A DNA stretch of 43,313 nt from Euryarchaeota archaeon UBA40 (GCA_002506875.1 DAYJ01000014.1:1-43313), one strand, 5' to 3'; positions 33,205-41,981 are shown, counted from the stretch's first letter. A program made the numbers and translations. The notes: a model not told the origin generated them from the sequence alone.

Positions 33205-33704
33205 GTAGTTCCATCAACTTCGATAATCTCTGCCAACGTCTCCTTCTCTTTTCTAAACCAGCGAAGACGCTTCTTCGAAGGGTCAGGGACGTAATCATGA
33301 GACCGAAGGATACTCGGTAGCATTGAATCGGGAATCACACGAAATGGCATGACAAAAGCAGCCACTCCAAGGAACATCTCGGCGCCAGGTAGGCTGAATA
33401 CACGAAGAGGAGGGAGGGCAGTTCCTGCCATTGCGAATTTTTCAACCGCGTTCTTCCGTTCCTTCTTTGTTGTCCGTCGTCCAATCTGGATTTTGTAAAG
33501 TGTAAGAAAAGCATCCTTGAGTTCAAACGACTCTTCCTTGACCTTGTCCCACCCCGAAGAAAGGGAATCCCCCCAACCTTCAGGATCCTTGACAATGGCC
33601 TTAGCGGCCTCAGCTTGCTCTGAACTCATCGCACCCCTCGCCTTCTTAGCCCCCTTAACGGCCATTGAGCCGTAGGAGAAGATGCGGAGGAGGGCTCCAA
33701 ACAT
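33195..33704 (-). CDS. Hypothetical protein with a LETM1-RBD-like segment
   Basis: RRTTKKERKNAVEKF..LPPLRVFSLPGAEMFLGVAAFVMPFRVIPDSMLPS resembles the LETM1 block LTRRERRQ..LVPF..VPFMEFLLPV..LFPNMLPS. This is recalled from memory and not verified. Confidence 0.4.
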   Translation of the reverse strand: MFGALLRIFSYGSMAVKGAKKARGAMSSEQAEAAKAIVKDPEGWGDSLSSGWDKVKEESFELKDAFLTLYKIQIGRRTTKKERKNAVEKFAMAGTALPPLRVFSLPGAEMFLGVAAFVMPFRVIPDSMLPSILRSHDYVPDPSKKRLRWFRKEKETLAEIIEVDGTTQD

Positions 33705-33746
33705 GGACGTAGATGAGGGGTCTGGTCTTTGTCCCTATCGTCGTTT

Positions 33747-33926
33747 TTACTCGCCTCGTTCATCCTGGATCTTGGCACGGACGTCCTTACAGGTCTTAGC
33801 AATCTCAGAGAGTTTCTTGCGAAGGCGACGACTTGCTGCGTCAATACCGCGGTCGTGCTTTGCAGCATCTGCAAGGGCATCGTTCATGTTTTGAATTAGG
33901 CTATCAATATCTCCGGTTACGGGCAT
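33747..33926 (-). CDS. 59-aa basic helical protein resembling the Hc1 (histone H1-like) N-terminal domain. Absent from the supplied ORF track, which omits ORFs under 60 aa.
   Basis: My own translation: MPVTGDIDSLIQNMNDALADAAKHDRGIDAASRRLRKKLSEIAKTCKDVRAKIQDERGE. It fills an otherwise empty 220-nt gap on the same strand as its neighbours. Confidence 0.5.
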   Translation of the reverse strand: MPVTGDIDSLIQNMNDALADAAKHDRGIDAASRRLRKKLSEIAKTCKDVRAKIQDERGE

Positions 33927-34029
33927 AAGGGGTCCTGAGAATTACCCTTCAAAACTCTTCTCAATTTAGGTTCAGAATATCGAGTTAGAAACCATACCAT
34001 ACAGGGCTGTTTATGGATTGAAAATCAGG

Positions 34030-37026
34030 TCAAATTTTGGTGATGTCATCTCGTTCTTCCATATCGATTGATGCTAGAAATTCAGAATAGAGAGGGGCCT
34101 CAATCAACCCCGATCTAACCAAGGCAGATAGTGTATCAAGAACAATGCTGTCAGAATCAACACCATAGAAACGCCTCAATGCTTCACGTGTATCCGAACG
34201 ACCAAAACCGTCTGTTCCGAGGACATGGAAAGTGCCACTAACCCATGGACGAATCAAATCAGGGACTGCTGCTATGTTATCGCTAACTGCAACTGTAACT
34301 GGGACTTTGTCGTCTAATTGCTGTTGAACCCAACTTGATTTGGCTGCTTGACTTGGATGGTGACGATTCCAATCTTCAGATTCCATGGCCTCACGTCGAA
34401 GTTCACCATACGATGTTGCAGAGTAAACTTCAGTAGAGATTCCGAGAGAGCGTAGTTTTGTTGCAGCAATTTCAACCTGGGGGAGTATAGATCCTGAACC
34501 AAGAAGGCGAACTTGAGCATCATCCTCTGTCTCGATACGATGTAACCCTCTCAAGATTCCTTCATCGGCCTGTTCGGGTTTGGAAGGCATTTCCAAATTT
34601 TCGTTATATGCGGTAATGTAGTACATTACATCAGATTCATCAACATACATCTCATTTATTCCATGACGAATAATTGTCGCCATCTCATATGCGTAAGCCG
34701 GATCATATGCACGTACTGCTGGATTAGACATAGCAAGAAGAAGTGAGTGACCATCCTGATGTTGCAGGCCCTCTCCATTGAGCGTTGTTCGTCCCGAAGT
34801 TGCACCTATTAGGAAGCCGCGGCAACGGCTATCAGCAGCAGACCATACTAAATCTCCAATTCTTTGGAAACCGAACATCGAGTAAAAGATGTAGAACGGG
34901 ATTGTAGGTGTTCCTTGAGTAGCATAAGATGTACCGGATGCAATGAATGTCGACATCGCACCAGCCTCATTGATTCCCTCTTCAAGAATCTGCCCAGATT
35001 TGCTTTCTTTGTAGCGCATCAATACCTCATAATCCACAGGTGTGTACAACTGTCCTGAAGGTGAATAAATTCCCAACTGGCTAAACAATGGATCCATTCC
35101 GAAAGTTCTAGCTTCGTCTGGAACAATTGGTACAATTCGAGAACCTATGCCATCTACTCGTGTTAAATTACGCAATAATCGAACAAATGCCATTGTCGTG
35201 CTTACAGCTTGTCCATTTTGAGAGCCCGCATCGAATTCAGAAAATGTCTCCACGGGAGGTAGTGAAAGATCTAGTGGATGTGGGCGTCGTTCGGGTAAGA
35301 ATCCGTCCAATGACTCACGACGTTCACGTAAGTATGCAACTTCATCTAGACGATCCTCTGGAAGGATATATGGTAACTTTTCAAGTTCTTCATCTGAAAG
35401 AGTCAAGCCGATTTTATCTCTCATGAAATGAAGAGCAGAATGATCTGCTTTCTTTTTCCCATGCGTTGCGTTGCGTCCTGCAAATGTTGGACCTAGCCCG
35501 TATCCTTTGATTGAACGGGCGAGAATTACTGTTGGCCGACCTTTACAAGCAATAGCGGCTTTGTAAGCAGAGTAAATCCGATGTAAATCATGCCCTCCCA
35601 TATCATCTGTTAGAACTTCAAGTTCAGAATCTGATAAATGGTCAACCAAAGAGGCAAGATCAGGGGAATTGAATAGTTCCTTCCGGATAACTTCGCCGGA
35701 TGCTGTCATGAGACGTTGCTCATCGCCATCAGTTAGGCTTGCTAGGCGGGTCGCGAGTAGACCATGGACATCCGCTGCAAATAACGGGTCCCACATACGC
35801 CCCCATAGACACTTGATGACGTTCCATCCAGCACCAGTAAATCGAGAGGCGAGTTCTTGAACGATTTTCGTATTACCTCGAACTGGACCATCTAGTCGCT
35901 GAAGATTACAATTCACAATTATAGTCAGATTATCGAGGCCTTCTCGGCTTGCAAGAGTTAATTCTGAGAGAGATTCAGGTTCATCGGATTCTCCATCACC
36001 CATGAAGTACCATACTCGGCTACTGTCGGTATCCACGACCCCTCTATCTCTTAGATATCGATTGAAACGGGCTTGGCGTATGGCAGTCATTGCACCAAGT
36101 CCCATACTTACAGTAGGGTATTCCCAATATTCTGGCATCAAACGAGGGTGGGGGTAAGACGAGAGGCCGTCCGTGAAAGCCTCACGGCGAAAATGTTCGA
36201 TTTTATCGATAGTGAAACGACCTTCCATCCAAGATCTCGCATATAGCCCAGGGCTAGCATGACCCTGCCAATAGACGTGATCACCATGACCATCTCCATC
36301 CTTACCGCGGAAAATATGATTCAAACCTACTTCCCATAGAGTTGCAATACTGGCATATGTCGAGATATGACCACCAATACCATCGAAATTCTTGTTAGCA
36401 CGTGTAACCATCATCATTGCATTCCAACGAAGGATGTCTAGGATTCGATTCTCTGTATCGATATCACCTGGGTAATCAGGTTCCTGATGAGGAGAGATTG
36501 TGTTGAGATACGGCGTCTCGGTTAACTCACCGACTGGAACTCCGGCTTCTTTTGCCGCTTCTACAGTATTGGACAGAATCTGATGAGCACGTAACGACCC
36601 CTTATGCTGATTAACTGCAATAATTGAATCACGCCATTCAACAATTTCCTCAGGGTCATCCGCTGTAGAGATTGGATTGATACTTGGAATGGCCTCCGAT
36701 TCACCGGTTGGTGGAAGTTCATCCGAAGAAGATGAATGGCCATCATCTAAATCAGAGGTGGGGGGAAGTTGAGATGTTTCTTCGTTTTCAATCTCAAATT
36801 CAGCACATATTTGACCAACTGGGAGAATGTCTCCAACATCCCCTGTTAAACGAGTGACTACTCCTGTAACTGGAGATGGAATATCTACTGTTGCTTTATC
36901 GGTCATCACCGAGAGTAGAGGTTGGTCCTCAACAATAGATTCCCCGACGGCCACGAGCCATTCAACTACCTCTCCTTCAACAACGCCCTCTCCAATATCT
37001 GGAAGGCGAAAGGAATGAACGACCAT
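34030..37026 (-). CDS. aceE: Pyruvate dehydrogenase E1 component, homodimeric AceE type, with an N-terminal lipoyl-attachment domain
   Basis: The first ~80 aa form a lipoyl domain (FRLPDIGEGVVEGEVVEWLV..LLSVMTDKATVDIPSPVTGVV; Lys44 codon at 36895-36897). A Pro/Ser/acidic linker follows, then colinear similarity to E. coli AceE: RWNAMMMVTRANK, GGHISTYAS, YWQGHASPGLYAR, LSSYPHP, FMGDGESDEPES, NCNLQRLDGPVRGN, GRTTLNGEGLQHQDGHS, LGTDGFGRSDTRE. Confidence 0.92.
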   Translation of the reverse strand: MVVHSFRLPDIGEGVVEGEVVEWLVAVGESIVEDQPLLSVMTDKATVDIPSPVTGVVTRLTGDVGDILPVGQICAEFEIENEETSQLPPTSDLDDGHSSSSDELPPTGESEAIPSINPISTADDPEEIVEWRDSIIAVNQHKGSLRAHQILSNTVEAAKEAGVPVGELTETPYLNTISPHQEPDYPGDIDTENRILDILRWNAMMMVTRANKNFDGIGGHISTYASIATLWEVGLNHIFRGKDGDGHGDHVYWQGHASPGLYARSWMEGRFTIDKIEHFRREAFTDGLSSYPHPRLMPEYWEYPTVSMGLGAMTAIRQARFNRYLRDRGVVDTDSSRVWYFMGDGESDEPESLSELTLASREGLDNLTIIVNCNLQRLDGPVRGNTKIVQELASRFTGAGWNVIKCLWGRMWDPLFAADVHGLLATRLASLTDGDEQRLMTASGEVIRKELFNSPDLASLVDHLSDSELEVLTDDMGGHDLHRIYSAYKAAIACKGRPTVILARSIKGYGLGPTFAGRNATHGKKKADHSALHFMRDKIGLTLSDEELEKLPYILPEDRLDEVAYLRERRESLDGFLPERRPHPLDLSLPPVETFSEFDAGSQNGQAVSTTMAFVRLLRNLTRVDGIGSRIVPIVPDEARTFGMDPLFSQLGIYSPSGQLYTPVDYEVLMRYKESKSGQILEEGINEAGAMSTFIASGTSYATQGTPTIPFYIFYSMFGFQRIGDLVWSAADSRCRGFLIGATSGRTTLNGEGLQHQDGHSLLLAMSNPAVRAYDPAYAYEMATIIRHGINEMYVDESDVMYYITAYNENLEMPSKPEQADEGILRGLHRIETEDDAQVRLLGSGSILPQVEIAATKLRSLGISTEVYSATSYGELRREAMESEDWNRHHPSQAAKSSWVQQQLDDKVPVTVAVSDNIAAVPDLIRPWVSGTFHVLGTDGFGRSDTREALRRFYGVDSDSIVLDTLSALVRSGLIEAPLYSEFLASIDMEERDDITKI

Positions 37027-37099
37027 GTCTCAACCAACCTCTTGTTGAGTATTGCTCTGCACACCTGCATTTATGCATTATGAATTCAGTAGAGTCATA

Positions 37100-37921
37100 C
37101 TATTTCGGAATCTGAAGAGGTGGTTGCCAATGTCCATTCAAACGTGCATGATCCAATAAGTGCCAATAGACACTCACCACTGCATCAGATTTGGATAGGA
37201 TTTCCTCATCATTTGCATGTTCTGCACTCCTTAATCTCCTCCATGAAAGACGAGAATGAAATCGAAGAGCAGGGTGGTGGAGAGCAGGTCCATTTACAGG
37301 CAGATAATGACGTGTGTACCATTCTCGTTCAACGATACTCGCTGCAATCATTGATTCCCGAATCGATTCCCATCCGTTGACCTTGCCTAAGGCATCACGA
37401 CCTGTCTTGTGACGAAGAAGAAAAACTGGATTTATCGAGGAGTCCATGGAGATGCCTACGGAGGCGAGTACGGGTGCCATCCAAGGTGCAATATATCCTC
37501 CAGGTGCTCTGAACCAAGGTCGGAAAGCTGAACCTACTTTGAAAGAAATAAGTTCGATGGATTTCTCAAGTATTGATTTGAATTCATCAGGACGAGGGCC
37601 CCATGCAGACCAACAAATATGATTCCAGCCATGGATACCAATGGTAATACCAGGCCTTAATCCAATAATATACTGTAAACGTTGAACGAAATTAGGATCC
37701 TCAAGTTGTTCGCCAATCACAAAGAAGGTGATCCTTGAATCCTCAGACTGTGAAGACCACCAGGACTCAAAGCCATCAAAACCTCGACTTAAACGCTCAC
37801 TCATCGTTCGAAGAGATTGATTTTGTGGCCAAGGAGTATCCTTAGAACGGCTAGGGTGACCAGATATTGCTGGATGATGATGAACATCATCTGTATCAAG
37901 GGAGCACCAGATTCGTTGCAT
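37100..37921 (-). CDS. Polysaccharide deacetylase (NodB/CE4-like) family protein
   Basis: ITFFVIGEQL, IGIHGWNHICW and WFRAPGGYIAPW resemble NodB motifs 1-3, but the canonical Asp pair is not obvious. The ATG at 37921 overlaps the upstream stop (TAATG). An alternative start is 37804 (MSERLS). Confidence 0.5.
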   Translation of the reverse strand: MQRIWCSLDTDDVHHHPAISGHPSRSKDTPWPQNQSLRTMSERLSRGFDGFESWWSSQSEDSRITFFVIGEQLEDPNFVQRLQYIIGLRPGITIGIHGWNHICWSAWGPRPDEFKSILEKSIELISFKVGSAFRPWFRAPGGYIAPWMAPVLASVGISMDSSINPVFLLRHKTGRDALGKVNGWESIRESMIAASIVEREWYTRHYLPVNGPALHHPALRFHSRLSWRRLRSAEHANDEEILSKSDAVVSVYWHLLDHARLNGHWQPPLQIPK

Positions 37922-38502
37922 TATCTAATGCCTCCAGTGGTAATCCAATACGATACATACAGTACATCATTACCGTCATCAGATGTCACCCATCGTTCTA
38001 CCTCGGATGGGAATCCATCATACCGCTCAACCGCAGAAAGTATAGTACGAACGCCTCCTTCATTCCGCGGATCCGCCATCAACTCAACCACATCCACTTC
38101 ACATTGTCTTGCTACGGAAATCATAGCATTGATACTCACCGTAGCAAGACCATGCCCCCGCTCCTCGGGTGCAATCCAATAACCAAGGTTCCAATGGATA
38201 CCTCTTCGGGTCCTCTGCTGTTCAGGAGTTCTAAATCGAACTACATCGAATCCGATAATACCGAGATATCCTCCTCCAATATTCTCTCGAATTAACCAAT
38301 GATGGTAATTCGAAGCATTCGGTCCCGAGGATACGTCGACAATAAATGAGGCAATTTGGGGCCCTATTGGCTCGTTACGAGACAACCATGGCATAGCACG
38401 ATGCACAGAGTCAGGGTCTTCCCTGAACATCTCGACTATTTTCATCACATCCACCTCCTTTAGAGGGACAAGGACATGATCCTCGCCTGCTGGGTGACTC
38501 AT
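37921..38502 (-). CDS. GNAT-family N-acetyltransferase (RimJ/RimL-like)
   Basis: NLGYWIAPEERGHGLATVSINAMISVA is an acetyl-CoA-binding R/Q-x-x-G-x-G/A type motif. The size is right for the family. The track start at 38517 is GTG; the first ATG is at 38502. Confidence 0.7.
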   Translation of the reverse strand: MSHPAGEDHVLVPLKEVDVMKIVEMFREDPDSVHRAMPWLSRNEPIGPQIASFIVDVSSGPNASNYHHWLIRENIGGGYLGIIGFDVVRFRTPEQQRTRRGIHWNLGYWIAPEERGHGLATVSINAMISVARQCEVDVVELMADPRNEGGVRTILSAVERYDGFPSEVERWVTSDDGNDVLYVSYWITTGGIR

Positions 38503-38542
38503 TTGAGTGGGGTGCACGAATGTCGCATGACAAGACAGTGAT

Positions 38543-39871
38543 TCAACTCAACTGTTTGAGGGCAGCAAGGACATGCTCATCATCCGTGTAATCCTTACGT
38601 GCAATCTCAAGCATGGACGATAGATCATCTGAACGTCCTAGACTCTTCAATAGAGCGCCAATGTAGAGCATCAATCGCGTTCGATCTCCAAGATGGGGGC
38701 CAATCTCATCTAGAATCAGGACTGCCTCCTCCTTCCTGTTCATTTTGGCCGCCTCCATTGCGTTCTTCACCTTGCCAGCAAGAAGACGATCATCCCAAGG
38801 TTCCGCTTGCGGCCAAGGCCAAAGAGGCAGGGGGCTCGCAGAAGCAACTTCAGGAGGAGCCACGGGGGCAGTAGGGAGATTCGGCATTGGAACCGCTACT
38901 GGAGTTGTAACGGGTGATGGTGAAGGGGCAGGCGGCGCAATTGACATCATTGCTCCTTTTGGAACACTATCATGGATATTTTGAGTGATATTGTAGGTAA
39001 TCTGAGTCGAGGGTTGAGGAGCAGGTTGTACGTTAGGCTGTACTGGTGGAAGGGCTCCAGGAAGAGTCGGAAGGCTTGCAGGATTAGTGTTAGCAAACGC
39101 TTCTGGAGGAGGAGCAGCAACTGGATGAGATTCAACTGCAGGAGGAGGGGTTGACACATCTTGATACTCTGGCTCGGGAGGAGTTACTGTTTCAATTGAT
39201 TCTGGATTAACGGCAGGCATTGCCGGCATAGCAGGCATCGAAGTCGGAACTGAATTATCTGGAGGTGTTTCCATCTCATCGGTTTCATTCTGAGGTAATA
39301 CCGGCGCAGTGTCCGATTCTGACCAATCCGCCGTTAGTAGGTCCTCGTCCATTCCGGGACCTTCCTTTGATACTGGGTCGACAATGGCAATACGTGCAGG
39401 TTCAGGGATGGAGAGGTCTTCCTCTTCCCCTTCTGGAACAACAAACTTCTCGACCGATGAAGGGGCGTCGTCGCTTGTGAGAGTGTACTCCTCTTCTTCC
39501 TCTTCACCACCTACCTCTTCATTACTGACTAGTTGACGAGCAAAACCAACCGTCGATGAAACCGTGACATCCTCTGAATCGCCATAATCGCTGACTTCCA
39601 CGCTAAGATCGCTCATATCGAAGGAATGGCCAGTCCAATCCACATCGATACCATCCTCTTCAGAATCTGAAACTTCGGCATTCAGCTCATTGAGAAGTGA
39701 ATTCACCACCTTTTCATCAGAACTCCGAGACTGTTGGTGAGTTCCGACTGTGAAATCATAATAGCATCTTGAACAGGACTCAGCACTCAAAGGATTCTCG
39801 AGAGTACATAGAGGGCAGGTTAGCCCATCCTTTGTCTCCTCCTTCTTCCGCCGTCCAAACACCGATTCCAT
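38543..39871 (-). CDS. Zinc-finger protein: N-terminal RanBP2/NZF-type C4 finger, acidic region, Pro-rich region, and a C-terminal TPR-like helical domain
   Basis: CPLCTLENPLSAESCSRC matches C-x2-C-x3-N-x6-C-x2-C exactly. The middle is low-complexity (MPAMPAMPAV, PPxP repeats). The C-terminal ~90 aa are helical. Confidence 0.55.
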   Translation of the reverse strand: MESVFGRRKKEETKDGLTCPLCTLENPLSAESCSRCYYDFTVGTHQQSRSSDEKVVNSLLNELNAEVSDSEEDGIDVDWTGHSFDMSDLSVEVSDYGDSEDVTVSSTVGFARQLVSNEEVGGEEEEEEYTLTSDDAPSSVEKFVVPEGEEEDLSIPEPARIAIVDPVSKEGPGMDEDLLTADWSESDTAPVLPQNETDEMETPPDNSVPTSMPAMPAMPAVNPESIETVTPPEPEYQDVSTPPPAVESHPVAAPPPEAFANTNPASLPTLPGALPPVQPNVQPAPQPSTQITYNITQNIHDSVPKGAMMSIAPPAPSPSPVTTPVAVPMPNLPTAPVAPPEVASASPLPLWPWPQAEPWDDRLLAGKVKNAMEAAKMNRKEEAVLILDEIGPHLGDRTRLMLYIGALLKSLGRSDDLSSMLEIARKDYTDDEHVLAALKQLS

Positions 39872-39998
39872 CCCCCGGTGTTTGCACCGTAATGCAGACC
39901 GTGGTTAAGTCCTCCCTGTCCCTGTTGATGCAATTGCCCTTCAAGGGCCAAACTGTTCGTATGGGAGGGACCATACACGATGACTATGCCCCCATACC

Positions 39999-41981
39999 AT
40001 GGGTCGTGACGATGGACGTGTTCATCGCATTGATACCTCTGGTACGAAGGAACTGGAATCTCCAATCTCAAGAAAGAGTCAGGATCACCATGCTCGATTC
40101 ATCGAAGCAATTCGATGGGAGCTTGACGATGAAATGGAACTGGTTGAGGACCGTTTGAGAAACTGGAGTCGTGCAAGGTTACTTGCTCATGGAGTAAGTC
40201 TCTTCGATCTCAAAGCACGTTCAGCAGGATGGATGTATGGAATGCGTCTACTCCGATTAAGTATGGAAAAAGGAGGTCCGATGCCATCACACCGTTTCAA
40301 GCATGGAGATATCGTTCTTCTAAGTCGAAACGAGCCTCTTGGCCGACAGGCGGTAGAAGGAGTTGTAGCTCGAAGAAGTCGGAATCATATCGTTCTCGCC
40401 ATGAATGACCTCCCGAAAGGACATCGACAAGGGATTTGGCGTATTGATCGAGGTGCTAATCGAATTGCTCATGATCGCATGAGAGATGCGTTAAACGCCT
40501 TCCTTGGAGACGAAAAAGCGACTTCGCTAACGGGTCTACTTCTTGGACAGGGCCGCGATATAGAACAATCTGCCAGTGTAGATCATGGAATCAAGGGTGG
40601 TAAAAGATCAGAATTGAAGGATGAAAGCGATCTCAATTTAGCCCAAAACGAGGCTCTCAATGCGGCGACTACACGGCGATTGACACTTATTCAAGGACCT
40701 CCAGGTACTGGTAAGACACACACAGCAGTTCGAATTCTTCGGAGATGGTCATTAGAAGGAAATGCACCGATTCTCGCTGTAGCTGAATCAAATGTTGCAG
40801 TTGACAACCTGTTACAGGGACTCCTTTCGATTGGAGTCGATGCTGTGCGGTTAGGACAGCCCGTAAAAGTCCGAGAATCCCTACGGGAAGCAACCCTTGA
40901 TGCAAGAATGGACCGACATCGGCTTCAAAAAGATCTGAAAGCGATCATAGATCTAAACGAGAGCCTTGCACGAAAGATATCCGGATTAAAGGGCAAAGAG
41001 AAGGGGCTTGCTCACAAGGATCTCAAGCGAGGCTGGGGTGAAGCACGGCGTATTGAGCAACAGATGAAAGAAGACATACTGAACACAGCGACGGTCATCT
41101 GTGCAACTTGTATTGGATCAGGTCACAATATCCTTGATGGTCGAAGATTTCCACGAGTTCTAATTGATGAGGCGACCCAAGCTACAGAACCAGCTACGCT
41201 TGTTCCAATTGTGCGTGGCTGTAGACAACTTGTCCTTGTTGGTGATCATCGACAATTACCTCCAACCGTTATCTCAAGGAGGGCAGAAAAAGGTGGTTTG
41301 GGAGTATCTCTATTCGACCGCATGAGGGAACGTGGGGTCCATTCAATCATGCTCAAGGAGCAATATCGGATGCACCCAATTATCTCACAGTTTCCATCTA
41401 TGCAATATTATGACGATGCTCTCATCAATGGTGTGAAGGCAGAAGAACGACCCGCTCCTGCCGGTCTAATATGGCCTGATTTCGATAGACCTGTAGCTTT
41501 CCTACCAATCGAAGGAGGCGAGGTAGTCTCTGAAGATGGACATTCGCGGGCGAATCCTGCTGAAGCCTCGTGTGTAGTTCGTATACTCAGTATGCTGCTT
41601 GAGCCTGGTGATCTCAATACTACTGACATTGGCGTTATTACTCCCTACAATGGACAAGTGCGAGTAATCTTAGATCTACTTGAACAGTCAGGTGGCACCA
41701 CGTTAGGCGACCGTTGGCATGGTATAGAAGTGAGATCAGTTGATGGATATCAGGGTCGAGAAAAAGAGGTCATAATCCTCTCAACAGTCAGATCAAACCC
41801 GGAAGGTGAGATTGGATTTCTTGATGATTCACGACGATTGAATGTGGCGATAACTCGAGCAAAACGTGGTCTAATCGTCATCGGAGACCAAAATACATTG
41901 AGAAATCAAAGAGATTGGGACTTCTGGCTGACTTGGGCACAAGAACGAAGCCTCATGGCTTGGCACCTACTGCACATGTAG
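39999..41981 (+). CDS. SF1B Upf1-like helicase, IGHMBP2/Smubp-2-like
   Basis: LIQGPPGTGKTHT (I), VLIDEATQATEP (II), LVLVGDHRQLPPTV (III), QYRMHP, VDGYQGREKEVIILSTVRSN (V), RRLNVAITRAKRGLIVIG (VI). The N-terminal beta-barrel region (HGVSLFDLK..HRFKHGDIVLLS) is colinear with the IGHMBP2 N-terminus as I recall it. Confidence 0.88.
   Translation: MGRDDGRVHRIDTSGTKELESPISRKSQDHHARFIEAIRWELDDEMELVEDRLRNWSRARLLAHGVSLFDLKARSAGWMYGMRLLRLSMEKGGPMPSHRFKHGDIVLLSRNEPLGRQAVEGVVARRSRNHIVLAMNDLPKGHRQGIWRIDRGANRIAHDRMRDALNAFLGDEKATSLTGLLLGQGRDIEQSASVDHGIKGGKRSELKDESDLNLAQNEALNAATTRRLTLIQGPPGTGKTHTAVRILRRWSLEGNAPILAVAESNVAVDNLLQGLLSIGVDAVRLGQPVKVRESLREATLDARMDRHRLQKDLKAIIDLNESLARKISGLKGKEKGLAHKDLKRGWGEARRIEQQMKEDILNTATVICATCIGSGHNILDGRRFPRVLIDEATQATEPATLVPIVRGCRQLVLVGDHRQLPPTVISRRAEKGGLGVSLFDRMRERGVHSIMLKEQYRMHPIISQFPSMQYYDDALINGVKAEERPAPAGLIWPDFDRPVAFLPIEGGEVVSEDGHSRANPAEASCVVRILSMLLEPGDLNTTDIGVITPYNGQVRVILDLLEQSGGTTLGDRWHGIEVRSVDGYQGREKEVIILSTVRSNPEGEIGFLDDSRRLNVAITRAKRGLIVIGDQNTLRNQRDWDFWLTWAQERSLMAWHLLHM

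Noticed and set aside
34030-37026. An impression that aceE is more AT-rich than its neighbours, as a sign of recent horizontal transfer.
   Set aside because: Hand counts of a few 60-nt lines gave 33-40% GC in aceE. Lines from other genes gave 40-50%. That is too few samples to be meaningful, and a proper sliding-window GC and codon-usage calculation is needed.
37028-37077. A small inverted repeat CTCAAC-N9-GTTGAG immediately 5' of the aceE ATG, with the SD-like AAGAGGT in its loop on the mRNA strand. A TGCAT-TT-ATGCA palindrome also lies at 37066-37077.
   Set aside because: Stems of only 5-6 bp are expected by chance in a window of this size. I cannot compute folding energy or conservation here. 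They would be worth revisiting only if conserved upstream of aceE in relatives.
39050-39260. Repetitive-looking DNA (GCCGGCAT/AGCAGGCAT units and CCA/CCT-rich runs) as a possible tandem repeat or CRISPR-like array.
   Set aside because: It lies inside the zinc-finger protein ORF and simply encodes the proline/alanine/methionine-rich linker (MPAMPAMPAV, PPxP). It has no regular repeat-spacer periodicity.
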